Below are positions 44,808 to 54,400 of a stretch of 64,000 nucleotides of DNA, piece by piece. Below the pieces are notes generated by a model. It was not told the origin of the DNA, ran no database searches, and saw nothing but the letters and a program-made list of their open reading frames with translations. This DNA is from an uncultured bacterium (GTDB lineage Bacteria; CAYJRR01): NCBI GenBank assembly GCA_964372275.1, contig CAYJRR010000001.1:4962-68961 (forward strand). The letters are read 5' to 3'. Position 1 is the first letter of the stretch. Every line of letters starts with the position of its first letter. Position numbers and translations under genes: made by a program.

Positions 44808-46102
44808 GGCCCGGGCGCGGGTGGGGCGAAGGCGGGTCGCGGCGGTGGATCGCGCCGGCGGCCGACCTCCGTGGCCGCGTCGGCGGAACGTCCTCGTGGA
44901 CCGGCCGGGCGACCGCTTCCGGCGTTTCGCGCGAGCGCCGCCTCGAGCCGGCTCGCCTGCGACTCCCAGGAGTGTCCCCGGCTCACCGCCGCCCGGGCGC
45001 TCGCGCCGATCGCGGCGGCGAGCGCCGGATCGCGAAGCAGCGCCACGATCGCCGCCGCGAACGGCATCGCCTCGTCCTCGACGACGAGGTCGCGCCCGGG
45101 CGCCGCCTCGACCCCTTCGGCGGCGGCGGTGGTCGCGACCACCGGCAGCGCGGCGGCCATCGCCTCCAGCACCTTGTTCTGGATCCCGCGCGCGATGTGC
45201 AGCGGCGCCACCGCCAACGAAGCGCCGTCGAGCGCCGCCGGCAGGTCGTCGACGTATCCCCGGATCGAGACCCCGTCCCGCCCGTGGAGCCGTCGCACCG
45301 CCGCGGTCGGGCGGCTCCCCAGCACGTCGAACCGGGCGTCGGGGAGGGCGCGGCGCACCGCCGGCCAGACCTCCCGCGCCATCCAGAGGACGCCGGCGAC
45401 ATTGGGGGCGTAGTCCATCGCGCCGAAGAAGACGACGCGTCGCGGGTCGCGCGCGCGCCCGGCGGGCGCGAAGCGGTCGACGTCGACGCCGTTGCACACC
45501 ACATCCAGGCGGCCTTCGGCGCAGAAGGAGCGGAACAGCCGCGCCTCGGGTTCGGTGGCGACGGTGATCGCGTCCCATTCGCGGGCGAGCCGCGTCTCGT
45601 ATCGCCGCAGCGTCGCCGCCTCGCGCCGGTAGATCCAGCGTGCCGGCAGCGGCGCGTCGTCGGCGTACTGCCGCCACTTTTCCGAGTCGACGTCGCACAG
45701 GTCGGCGACGCGGGTCATCCCCTCCACCGCCGGCACGTACTGCGCCATCGGCGCCGAGTGGACCCAGGCGGCGTCGTAGCGCTCTTCGCGCATCCACCGG
45801 CCGACCTCCGCGGCCAGGGCGGGGGCGCGGAAGAAGGGCAGGCTCGCCGGCTCCCCGGAGAACGGCGCCGCGAGCGCCGCCGCCCTCGCCCGGAGGCGCG
45901 GTCTCCAGGCGATCGCCAACCGACGGCAGATCGCCGCCACCCGATCGGTCCGCTCGCGCGCGAGATCCTCGCGGCGGTCGGCGAGCGCCGCCACGTCGAC
46001 GGTATGACGCCGCGCCAGGCAGCGGAGGAGATGGAAGGAACGGATCTTGTCCCCCTTGTCCGGAGGGAAGGGGAGCCGGTGGGCGAGGAAGAGCAGGCGC
46101 AC
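44804..46102 (-). CDS. PEP-CTERM/XrtA-system-associated sugar transferase (TIGR03087-like GT4)
   Basis: N-terminus MRLLFLAHRLPFPPDKGDKIRSFHLLRCLARRH is characteristic of this family. The GT-B C-terminal half follows. Confidence 0.65.
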   Translation of the reverse strand: MRLLFLAHRLPFPPDKGDKIRSFHLLRCLARRHTVDVAALADRREDLARERTDRVAAICRRLAIAWRPRLRARAAALAAPFSGEPASLPFFRAPALAAEVGRWMREERYDAAWVHSAPMAQYVPAVEGMTRVADLCDVDSEKWRQYADDAPLPARWIYRREAATLRRYETRLAREWDAITVATEPEARLFRSFCAEGRLDVVCNGVDVDRFAPAGRARDPRRVVFFGAMDYAPNVAGVLWMAREVWPAVRRALPDARFDVLGSRPTAAVRRLHGRDGVSIRGYVDDLPAALDGASLAVAPLHIARGIQNKVLEAMAAALPVVATTAAAEGVEAAPGRDLVVEDEAMPFAAAIVALLRDPALAAAIGASARAAVSRGHSWESQASRLEAALARNAGSGRPAGPRGRSADAATEVGRRRDPPPRPAFAPPAPGP

Positions 46103-46105
46103 GGG

Positions 46106-46990
46106 CTATCCCTTCGACGCCGCCACGGCGCCTGCGCGCGCGGGGGCGGGCGCGTCGACCGGATGGGCGATGAGCATCTCGCGCACCGTCCCGAAGCGGA
46201 ATCGCCGGAGAAGGCGGTCGAGCCGATCGCGCGTGCGGTGGAGGTTCCGGTAGTGCCGGATCCGGGTGGAGATCGGGACCGGGAGCCTCGGTTGCGCGGG
46301 ATCGATCTCCCACGGGTGGAGGTAGACGACCGCCGGAACGCCGTCGATCCGGTGGATCCGCTCGATCCCCCAGCGGAGGAGCGGAAACGGGAGGTGACGC
46401 AGGTAGCCGCCCCCCGCCACCGGGAGGTTCATCCCCAGGACGCGCGTCGTCGCCGGAGGAACTTCGATCAGACTGCCGGCGAGCAGGCGCAGGCGGTGCG
46501 GACGGCGCGGACTGTCCGGGATCCCGTACCGGTCGTGGCGGATCGGGAAGACGCTGGAGTCGTAGAGGTACCCTTCACGGCAGAGGATCTCGAGCGCCCA
46601 CTGCGTCCCGTGCACGACCGACCAGGAGGGGGCGCGGAAGCCGACCACGGCCCGACCCGAGGCGTCCTCGATCCGCGCGCGGGCGCGGCGCAGGTCCTCG
46701 CGGAACCGCTCGGGGGTCAACGTCGTCAGCTCGCGGTGCTCGTCCCCGTGACTCGCCAGCTCGTGGCCGCGCTCGCCGATCTCGCGCACCAGGAGCGGAT
46801 CACGCGCGGCGACCCAACCGAGGACGAAAAAGGTCGCCTTCGCCCCGCGCTCGTCGAGCAGGTCGAGCAGCTCGCGGACCTTCGCCGCCGCGCGCCGCGG
46901 CCGCGCCTCCCACGTCGGCGGAGGGGCGTGACGCGCGAAGAGCGACACCTGGAAGTACTCCTCCACGTCGATCGTGAGGGCGTCGAGCAC
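46106..46990 (-). CDS. polysaccharide deacetylase, PEP-CTERM-locus subfamily (TIGR03006-like)
   Basis: GTG start, then (M)LDALTIDVEEYFQVSLFA ... NodB motifs HGDEHR and RAPSWS. Confidence 0.65.
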   Translation of the reverse strand: MLDALTIDVEEYFQVSLFARHAPPPTWEARPRRAAAKVRELLDLLDERGAKATFFVLGWVAARDPLLVREIGERGHELASHGDEHRELTTLTPERFREDLRRARARIEDASGRAVVGFRAPSWSVVHGTQWALEILCREGYLYDSSVFPIRHDRYGIPDSPRRPHRLRLLAGSLIEVPPATTRVLGMNLPVAGGGYLRHLPFPLLRWGIERIHRIDGVPAVVYLHPWEIDPAQPRLPVPISTRIRHYRNLHRTRDRLDRLLRRFRFGTVREMLIAHPVDAPAPARAGAVAASKG

Positions 46991-47128
46991 GCGCCTGATT
47001 GGAGTAGCCCCGCCCGCCCGGCTTGCAAGGGCTCGGGGCGCCGGAACGGAACGTTGCCGACCGCGCTCGCCGTTGCCATCCGAGGTTCGGTGCAACGCGC
47101 GGCACCCCTCCCCGTTCCCCGTTCGAGC

Positions 47129-48082
47129 GTGCGGCGCGCACTCGGCTCGCTCGCCGTTCGGAGCGGGGCCTGTCGGGTTTCGGCCTGGGTCCGCCGCCGC
47201 GAGGCGGTGGTCCTCACCTACCACGGCCTCGTCGAGCACGATCCGCCGGCGGCGCGACGGCCGCTCTTCAAGATCTTCGTCACCGCGGCGGCGTTCCGCG
47301 AGCAGATGCAGCTCCTGCGATCGCGCCATTGCGTCGTGCCGCTCGACCGGCTGGTCGATCACCTCTCGGCGGGGGCGCCGCCGCCCGACCGGCTGGCCGC
47401 GGTGACGTTCGACGACGGATGGCGCAGCACCCGACGGCTCGCCGCGCCGATCCTGCGGGAGCTCGCGCTACCGGCGACCGTCTTCCTCGCCACCGGCCTC
47501 GTCGATTCGGGGGCGCGCGGCCTGTGGACGCAGCGCCTGTGGAACGCGCTCCTGCACGCCGGCGAGGGTCCGGGTCCGGACGGCGCCGCCGTCCGGCGGA
47601 TCGTGGATTCGCTCAAGCGGATGCCGGCCGGCGCCCGCGACGCTGCGCTCGCCGCGCTCCACGCGCGGCACGGAGAGGGTCCGCCGCTCGGCGCCGCGCA
47701 CGAGTTCCTGAGCTGGCGCGAGGCGCGGGAGCTGGCCGACTTCGGCGTGGCGTGCGGCGCGCACACCGTCGACCACGAGATCCTGGCCCGGCTGCCGCTC
47801 GCGGAGGCCGAGCGCCAGGTGGCGGAGTCGAAAGACGCCGTCGAGCGCGAGACCGGCGAGCCCTGCCGCCTGTTCGCCTACCCGAACGGCGGCGCCGGCG
47901 ACTTCGGCCCGGAGCACGCGTCGCTCGTGGCCCGCCATCGCTTCGCGGCCGCCGTCACCCAGATCCCGGGGCGCAACGCCGCCGGGGCCGATCCGTTCCG
48001 TCTCCGCCGCATCGACGTGGGACTCGACCACTCGCGTGACGCCTTCCTCGCCGCGCTCGACGGCTTGCGCCATTGGCGCTAG
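47129..48082 (+). CDS. polysaccharide deacetylase (NodB-homology) family protein
   Basis: AVTFDDGWRSTRRLAAPILRELALPATVFLATG...HTVDHEILARLPLAEAERQV. GTG start. The long six-frame ORF upstream is spurious. Confidence 0.65.
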   Translation: MRRALGSLAVRSGACRVSAWVRRREAVVLTYHGLVEHDPPAARRPLFKIFVTAAAFREQMQLLRSRHCVVPLDRLVDHLSAGAPPPDRLAAVTFDDGWRSTRRLAAPILRELALPATVFLATGLVDSGARGLWTQRLWNALLHAGEGPGPDGAAVRRIVDSLKRMPAGARDAALAALHARHGEGPPLGAAHEFLSWREARELADFGVACGAHTVDHEILARLPLAEAERQVAESKDAVERETGEPCRLFAYPNGGAGDFGPEHASLVARHRFAAAVTQIPGRNAAGADPFRLRRIDVGLDHSRDAFLAALDGLRHWR

Positions 48083-48912
48083 CGGAGGCGGACGTGCTGC
48101 AGGGTCGGAAGGCTTCGGCGCGTCCGCGCGAGGAGATCGCCGTCGACCTCCGCGATGGCGATCCCCTCCCCTTCCGAGGCGCAGGCCACCACCTGCCCCC
48201 ACGGGTCGACGATCATCGACTTCCCCCACGAGATGCGGCCCGGCGCGTGTTGTCCCCACTGCGCGGCGGCGAAGAGGTAGGCGGTGTTCTCGATGGCGCG
48301 GGCGCGCAGCAGCGTCTCCCAGTGATCCTTGCCGGTGTGGAGCGTGAACGCCGCCGGAACCGAGAACGCCTCCGCGCCGTCGAGGGCGAGGCGCCGGAAC
48401 AGCTCCGGGAAGCGGAGGTCGTAGCAGATCGATAGACCGAGGCGGAACGCCGGGAGATCGACGCACGTCGGTCGATCGCCGGCGGCGATCGACTCCGATT
48501 CGCGGTGCGTCGGCCCGCCCTCGAACGAGACGTCGAACAGGTGGATCTTGCGGTAGGTCGAGACGACACGCCCGTCGGGATCGAGGACGACCGAGGTGTT
48601 GTAGGCGCGCGACGTCTCGCCGTCGGCGCGCTCCGGCATCGCGCCCAGGACGAGGTGCGCGCCGAGCGCGCGACTCAGACCCGACATCCGCTCCACGATC
48701 GGCCCGCCGCCCGGAAGAGTTTCGGCGAGCTCCATTCGCCGGCGATCGGCCGCGGGGGAGCCGTCGCCGAGGAAGGCGAAGTTCTCCGGCACCACGATCG
48801 TTCGCGCGCCGCGCTCCGCCGCCTCGCGCGCCAGCCGCTCGACGGTGCGCAGGTTCGCGTCGACGTCGGCGTTGCTCCGCATCTGGACCACGGCCACGCG
48901 CGTTCGGTTCAT
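48079..48912 (-). CDS. carbon-nitrogen hydrolase (nitrilase-superfamily amidohydrolase)
   Basis: MNRTRVAVVQMRSNADVDANL...VVPENF (Glu) ... YRKIHLFD (Lys) ... LSICYDLRFPE (Cys). Confidence 0.8.
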   Translation of the reverse strand: MNRTRVAVVQMRSNADVDANLRTVERLAREAAERGARTIVVPENFAFLGDGSPAADRRRMELAETLPGGGPIVERMSGLSRALGAHLVLGAMPERADGETSRAYNTSVVLDPDGRVVSTYRKIHLFDVSFEGGPTHRESESIAAGDRPTCVDLPAFRLGLSICYDLRFPELFRRLALDGAEAFSVPAAFTLHTGKDHWETLLRARAIENTAYLFAAAQWGQHAPGRISWGKSMIVDPWGQVVACASEGEGIAIAEVDGDLLARTRRSLPTLQHVRLR

Positions 48913-48919
48913 CCGGCGC

Positions 48920-49300
48920 TCCGATCTATCCACAGGTTCGCGTGCGGCGAATCCGGTCGAAAACAGGCTTCCTCGGGGCGTCGCGGGGCGATCCGCCGGT
49001 TTCGTACAACTTCTCGACACCGCGATTGTGGACAACCGCCCCGTTTTTTCGCCGTCAAGATTCTTGCGAGCGCGAAATCGTCATGCCATCGCCGCGCCCG
49101 ACGAGCGGCACCACGCGGGGAAAAGGTCTTGTGGAACCAGGAGTTGGAGCCATCCATCTTTCGTTCACCTCGAACGATCGGCGTTTTCCCTCGGCCGGCG
49201 CGCGAATCCACAGCTGTGGACAGAGCGAACCCGCGTGAAACCCGCGCCGCGAGGGGTTCCACGGGGTTTTGCCCGATTACGGCGGTCCACAACCGTGACG
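48920..49300. promoter_or_regulatory. cluster of DnaA-box-like motifs (TCCACA core) in a 365-bp intergenic region, candidate oriC or DnaA-regulated region
   Basis: cTATCCACAgg (48926-34). TTGTCCACA on the opposite strand (49027-35). GGTTCCACA on the opposite strand (49130-38). GAATCCACAgCTGTGGACAg (49204-23), which forms a perfect TCCACAGCTGTGGA palindrome. GGTTCCACG (49256-64). GGTCCACAA (49284-92). T-runs sit at 49040-49046 and 49118-49124. Confidence 0.4.
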
Positions 49301-50494
49301 GAGGCGGACGCGGACGACGGCGTCGTTGGCGCGATTCCCCGTCGACTGCACCTCGACCTCGAGCCCCTTGAGTTTGGCCAGCAGTCCGTCGCTTCGCGGG
49401 CGCTCGGCCTCCTGCTTTTCGGGGGGGAGGTGGAAGATCCGGATCAGCTCGAAGCCGGTCGCGAGCGTCGCCTCGACCTTGCCGAGGAAGGCGACCGCCG
49501 CGTCGTGCCACTCCGAGGCCGCCGGCGGCGCCGCGCCGCGACGCGTCCCCTCGGACCGGCGCTTCACCTTGTTGTCGAAGTCGCGCAGCGCGCGCTCGAA
49601 GCGCTGGAGGTCGGTCGGATCGCCGGGGCGGCCATCGCGGCGGGCCTTCTCCCAGAGATCGGCGAACGTCTGGAAGGCCGCCTTCTCCGATTCGGTCGGC
49701 TCGGTTTCGAGCCACAACGCCTTCATCGAGTCGAGGTAGGCGCAGACCGACCCGTCACCTCCCGGCGCCGAACGGTCGCCGGTCCGCCCGCCCGCTCCGC
49801 GCGCGCCGCCGGCGGCGCCGGCGACGTGGCGGAAGAGCGACCCCTGGAGTCCGTACGCCGGCGCGCGGTCGCCGCCGCCGGACGGCGTCTCGGTGGACGC
49901 GGCCGAGCGGGGGGCGCCCGCCCCCGTTCCGGTGAGCGCGAGCACCGAGCCGGCGAGGTCGGTGGAGAAGCCGATCGCCTCCGCGGCGCGCTTCAGCGAG
50001 ACCGGCTCGACGTAGGCCGATCCCGAACGCGCCCCGCCGCCGGCGACCTTCGCCGGCAGCGGGAGGATCTTTCCGTCGACGACCAGGGTGAGCGTGGAGA
50101 CGGAAAATCCGGTGAAGCGGTCGTCGATCGACCCGGTGCCTCCGCGGGTGAGCGACACGACCCCCGACGACGGATCGACCGCGAGGTCGGTCCCCGGCCG
50201 CGCGCGCGCCAGCTCCGCGAGCGCCGCGGCCTGGACCCAGGTCCCTTTGACGCCGGCCAGCGTCTCGACCGGAACGATCCGACCGTCGATCACCAGCGTA
50301 AACCGCGCGGCCGCCGCGTCCGGCGCCGCCGCCTCCGCGGCCACAGGCAGCGCCTGGCCGGCGGAAGCGAGCACGAGACCGAGCGCGATCGCGATCGACG
50401 CGCGCGCCGTGCGCCGGCCGTCGCCGCGGTGGCGTCCTGACGGGCCTTGTGCGTGGTGCCGCGGGGGCCGTAGGGTATCCGTCGTGGTCGGCAT
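49277..50494 (-). CDS. secreted conserved hypothetical protein
   Basis: Signal-like ASIAIALGLVLASAGQALPVAAEA. The C-terminal helical domain is protein-like (AYLDSMKALWLETEPTESEKAAFQTFADLWEKARRDG...). The start is uncertain. Confidence 0.45.
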   Translation of the reverse strand: MPTTTDTLRPPRHHAQGPSGRHRGDGRRTARASIAIALGLVLASAGQALPVAAEAAAPDAAAARFTLVIDGRIVPVETLAGVKGTWVQAAALAELARARPGTDLAVDPSSGVVSLTRGGTGSIDDRFTGFSVSTLTLVVDGKILPLPAKVAGGGARSGSAYVEPVSLKRAAEAIGFSTDLAGSVLALTGTGAGAPRSAASTETPSGGGDRAPAYGLQGSLFRHVAGAAGGARGAGGRTGDRSAPGGDGSVCAYLDSMKALWLETEPTESEKAAFQTFADLWEKARRDGRPGDPTDLQRFERALRDFDNKVKRRSEGTRRGAAPPAASEWHDAAVAFLGKVEATLATGFELIRIFHLPPEKQEAERPRSDGLLAKLKGLEVEVQSTGNRANDAVVRVRLRHGCGPP

Positions 50495-51458
50495 CGTCCT
50501 CTCTGTCGTCTTCGCGACCGTCCCGATCCTAGGATACCTGTACCTCGTCTGGTGGCTCGACCGCTACGACCGGGAGCCGGTCGGCCTGATGCTCCTGACC
50601 TTCGCCTGGGGGGCGGTCGGCGGGGTGCTGCTGGCCATCGTCGGATCGATCCTGCTCCGGCTCTCGATGGGGGCGATCTTCGGGATCACCGGGAACGAGC
50701 TGATGGACGTCGCCTTCGTCGCGCCGGTGGTCGAGGAGATGACGAAGGGCCTGTTCCTCCTCGCCGTCTTCGCGCGCCGCGACTTCGACAACACCACCGA
50801 CGGCGTGATCTACGGCGCGGCGGCGGGGCTCGGATTCGCCATGACCGAGAACTTCCTCTACTTCCTCGCCGCCTACTTCTACGGCGGCGCCGGCTCGTGG
50901 GCGCAGGCGGTCTTCTTCCGCACGCTCTTCACCGGCCTGATGCACGCCTTCGCCACCGCCACCCTCGGCGCCAGCCTCGGCTACAGCAAGTACGCCGACG
51001 GCGACACGCGCAAGTTCGTGACGCCGATCGCCGGACTCCTGGCGGCGATCGGGATCCACGCCGCCTGGAACGCCTGCATGCTCCTGACCGGGATCGTGGA
51101 GTCGGTCGTGCCGATCACCGTGGCGATGATCGGGATCCCGGTCTTCGGCCTGCTGCTCTTGACGCTGACGCAGGTGTCCCTCCTCCACGAGAGCCGGACG
51201 ATCGAAGCCGAGCTGCGCGAGGAGTGCGCGCTGGGGATCATCCCCGAGGCGCACCTGCGGATCCTCCCCCACTACCTCAAGCGCGCCGGCAACGGCTGGC
51301 TCCCCCCCGACGTCGAGAAGCGCCGCTACGTCCCGCTGGCGACGATCCTCGCCTTCCGCAAGTTCCAACGAAAGCGCTGCGCCCCCTCCGAGCTCGGCAG
51401 CTTCGAGGAGGAGATCGGGCGCCTCCGCCTCGAGATACGCAAGGTCCTCAACCGCTAA
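50484..51458 (+). CDS. PrsW-family intramembrane glutamic protease
   Basis: Multi-TM protein with the PrsW motifs VAPVVEEMTKGLFLL (EExxK) and FAMTENFLY...LMHAFATAT. Confidence 0.7.
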   Translation: MVGIVLSVVFATVPILGYLYLVWWLDRYDREPVGLMLLTFAWGAVGGVLLAIVGSILLRLSMGAIFGITGNELMDVAFVAPVVEEMTKGLFLLAVFARRDFDNTTDGVIYGAAAGLGFAMTENFLYFLAAYFYGGAGSWAQAVFFRTLFTGLMHAFATATLGASLGYSKYADGDTRKFVTPIAGLLAAIGIHAAWNACMLLTGIVESVVPITVAMIGIPVFGLLLLTLTQVSLLHESRTIEAELREECALGIIPEAHLRILPHYLKRAGNGWLPPDVEKRRYVPLATILAFRKFQRKRCAPSELGSFEEEIGRLRLEIRKVLNR

Positions 51459-54400
51459 AGCGAGTCGATCTCGGCGACGAGCTGGCGGTTGCCGATCTCC
51501 TCGGCGAGGAGGCGCGCTTCGGCGAGGAGGGCGCGGCCGCGCTTGCGGTCGCCGGCGTCGGCGAGGAGGCGGCCCAGGAAGAACTTGCCGCGGGCGACGG
51601 CCTCGCGGCTGCCGTGCTTGACCGACTCGCCCACGGCCGACTCCAGCTCGGCGCGGCCGTCCCTTGGGTTGCCGTCGACGGCGCGGAGCCAGGCGAGGTA
51701 GACGCGATTGGCCATCTCCCCCGCCTTCCAGCCGATCTCCTGCGAGATGGCGTCGGCCTCGGTCAGGTAGTAGCGCGCCTTCGGCGGGTCGTTCAGACGC
51801 GCGTGGAGCGCGCCCAGGTTGTGCAACGCCGTCGCCGCCCCCCGCTGATCGCCGATGGCGCGCGACAGCTCGAGCGCCTCGCGGAACTTCGCTTCCGCGA
51901 ACGACTGTTCCCCGCGCGCGACGGCCACCGTCCCCACCATGATCATCACCCGCGAGAGGAGGAACCGGTCCTCGGCGCGGCGGGCCCCCTCTTCGGCGCG
52001 CAGCAGGTACTCGCGGGACAGGTCGTACGCGCCGGCGCGCCGCTGCAACGCGCCGAGATCGGTGAGGATGCGCGCCACCATCGACAGGTCCTTGAGCTTC
52101 TTCGCCTCCGCCAGCGCGCGTTTCAGTTCCCGCTCCGCCTGCTCCGGGCGCCCGGTCCAGGCCAGGAGATTCCCCTGCGCCTCCAGCACCTCGAAGCGGA
52201 GCCTCGGGTCCTCCTCGCGCTCGACGATCGCCACCGCCTCCCGCAGCGCCTCCGCCGCGCGGTCGAGCGCCCCGTCGCCGCGCAACAGCTCGCCCAGCTC
52301 CTTGAGCGCCCAGGCCCGGCGCGCGCTGTCCCCGACCGCGCGGGCCAGCTCGTCGGCGCGCGTCAGCGCCGATTCCGCCTCGCGCATCCATCCCAGCCGC
52401 GCGGCGCAGCGCCCGATCTTCAGCTCCAGGTCGGAGAGTTCCACCCGCTGCGAGCGGTCGAGCTCCGGTTGGCCGTCGAGGAGGTCGCGCGCGCGGCGGA
52501 AGTAGGAGAGCGCGTCGCCGTCGCGGTACTCGCCGACCTGCTTGTCGCCGGCGAGCCCCAGGTGGGTCACGGCGCGCTCCACGTCCTGCGCCTGCTCGTA
52601 GTGGAGCGCCAGCGCCTCGACCGGAACCTGCCCCTCCGGGGAGTTGCGCACCAGGTGGTCGGCGACCGACCGGTGCAGGCGCCGCCGCGCCGTCGTCGGG
52701 AGCGCGTGGTAGGCGACCTCGCGCATCATCGGGTGGCGGAAGGCGTAGGTCAGCTCGCCCGCCGCGTCGGGGCTCTCGACCAGGAACCCGGCGCGCTGCA
52801 GCTCGACCAGCAGCCCGTCGGCGCGCTCCCCCATCCCGGCGAGGTCGATCAGCGCGCGGTAGGGGAACCGCCGCCCAAGCACCGAGGCGACCTGGAGGAG
52901 GCGCTTCAGGTCGGGATGGAGCCGGTCGATGCGCGCCGACACCGTGGCTCGCAGGGTGGGCGGGACCTCCAGCCGCTGCACCTCGCCGCCGAGGTGGATC
53001 GCGCCGTTCGGCGCGAGCAGCACCTTCCCGCCGCGGACCAGCGCGCCGCACAGCTCCTCCATGAACATCGGATTGCCCCCGGCGGTGTCGAGGATCACCT
53101 TCCCCAGCCGCTTGGGAAGGACGATCGACTCCGCCGGGACGGCCTCCGCGCCGGGCCGTCGCGCGAACTCTGCGGCGAAGCAGGCCCGCGCCATGTCGAG
53201 CGACTCTGTTACCGAGAGCGGCTTGAGGACGATCTGGTTGTACCAGGCGCGGTCCCACCAGCGGTGCTTGAACTCCGGCCGGTAGGTCAGCATCACAAGA
53301 AGCCTCCGCTCGGGGACGGCGTCGAGCAGGAACTCGAGCGCGTCGCGCGCCATCGGATCGGCGTGCTGCAGGTCCTCGAAGACCAGGAGCAGCGGCCGCT
53401 CCTTGGCCAACCGCTCGACCACCTTCCGCAGCGCGGCGAACATCCCCAGCCGGCGCGCCTGCGGGTCGAAGGCCTCGATCCCCGAGGCGTCGAACCGCGT
53501 GGCAGAGAGCTCGCCGACGAAGTGGACCTCGTGCTTCTCGAGACCCAGCTCGGTCAGCCGCATTAGCTTCTCGCGCCGCTCCTCGAGTGAGTCTTCGGCC
53601 GAGAAGCCGACGATCGAGGCGATCAGATCGCCGATCAGCGCGAAGTCCCCATCGGCGCCGAAGGGCGAGGCGCGCGCCACGAACAGCGCCAGCTCCTTGT
53701 TGGCGGTGAGGCGCGACAACTCGCGCACCAGCCGGCTCTTCCCCGATCCGGCCTCCCCGACCAGGGCCAGCACCTGCCCGTGGCCGCGCTGGATCTTGGC
53801 GAAGACGCCGGTGAGGATCGTCAGCTCCCGGGCGCGACCGATCAACGGCGCGGTGTCGCCGGCCAGCGCTTCGCCGGTCCGGCGCGCGGCTTCGAGGAGC
53901 TCGTGGCGCTCGGTCGTCGTCCCCGTCTCCCGGTCGACGTCCGGGTCGATGCGCACGAAGTCGTTGCGCCGATAGGCCGCGCGCACCACCGATCGGCTGG
54001 CAACGATCCGCCCGGCCGCCGCGCTGCGCGCGAGCCGCTCGACGAGCGAAAGCGGCGCGCCGCTCACCAGGGGTCCGATCCGCGGATTGCCGGACGACTC
54101 CACCGCCACCGTCCCGGTGTGCACCGCCAGCGCGACGGCGCGCGCGCCGCCGGTCCGCGCCGCCGCGTGGCGCTCCTCGCGCAGCGCCGCCAACGCGAAG
54201 GAGAGCGCGCGCTCGAGGTCGTCCTCCCCCGCCAGCGGGACGCCGAAGTAGGCGAGGAGCAGGTCCCCCTTCGCGGGGGTCGGCGTGCCGCCGAATCGCT
54301 TCACCAGCTGCGCCGTCTCGCCGGCGCGCGCGTCGTTCGGGCGCGCCGGGCGGCCCGCCTCGAAGAAACGGACGGCGACCAGCGCCGCGCGCTTCCGCTC

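Noticed and set aside
44972-48082. 1036-aa plus-strand ORF across the glycosyltransferase and deacetylase genes
   Set aside because: Same high-GC artefact. Only the final ~317 aa (NodB deacetylase from GTG 47129) look like protein.
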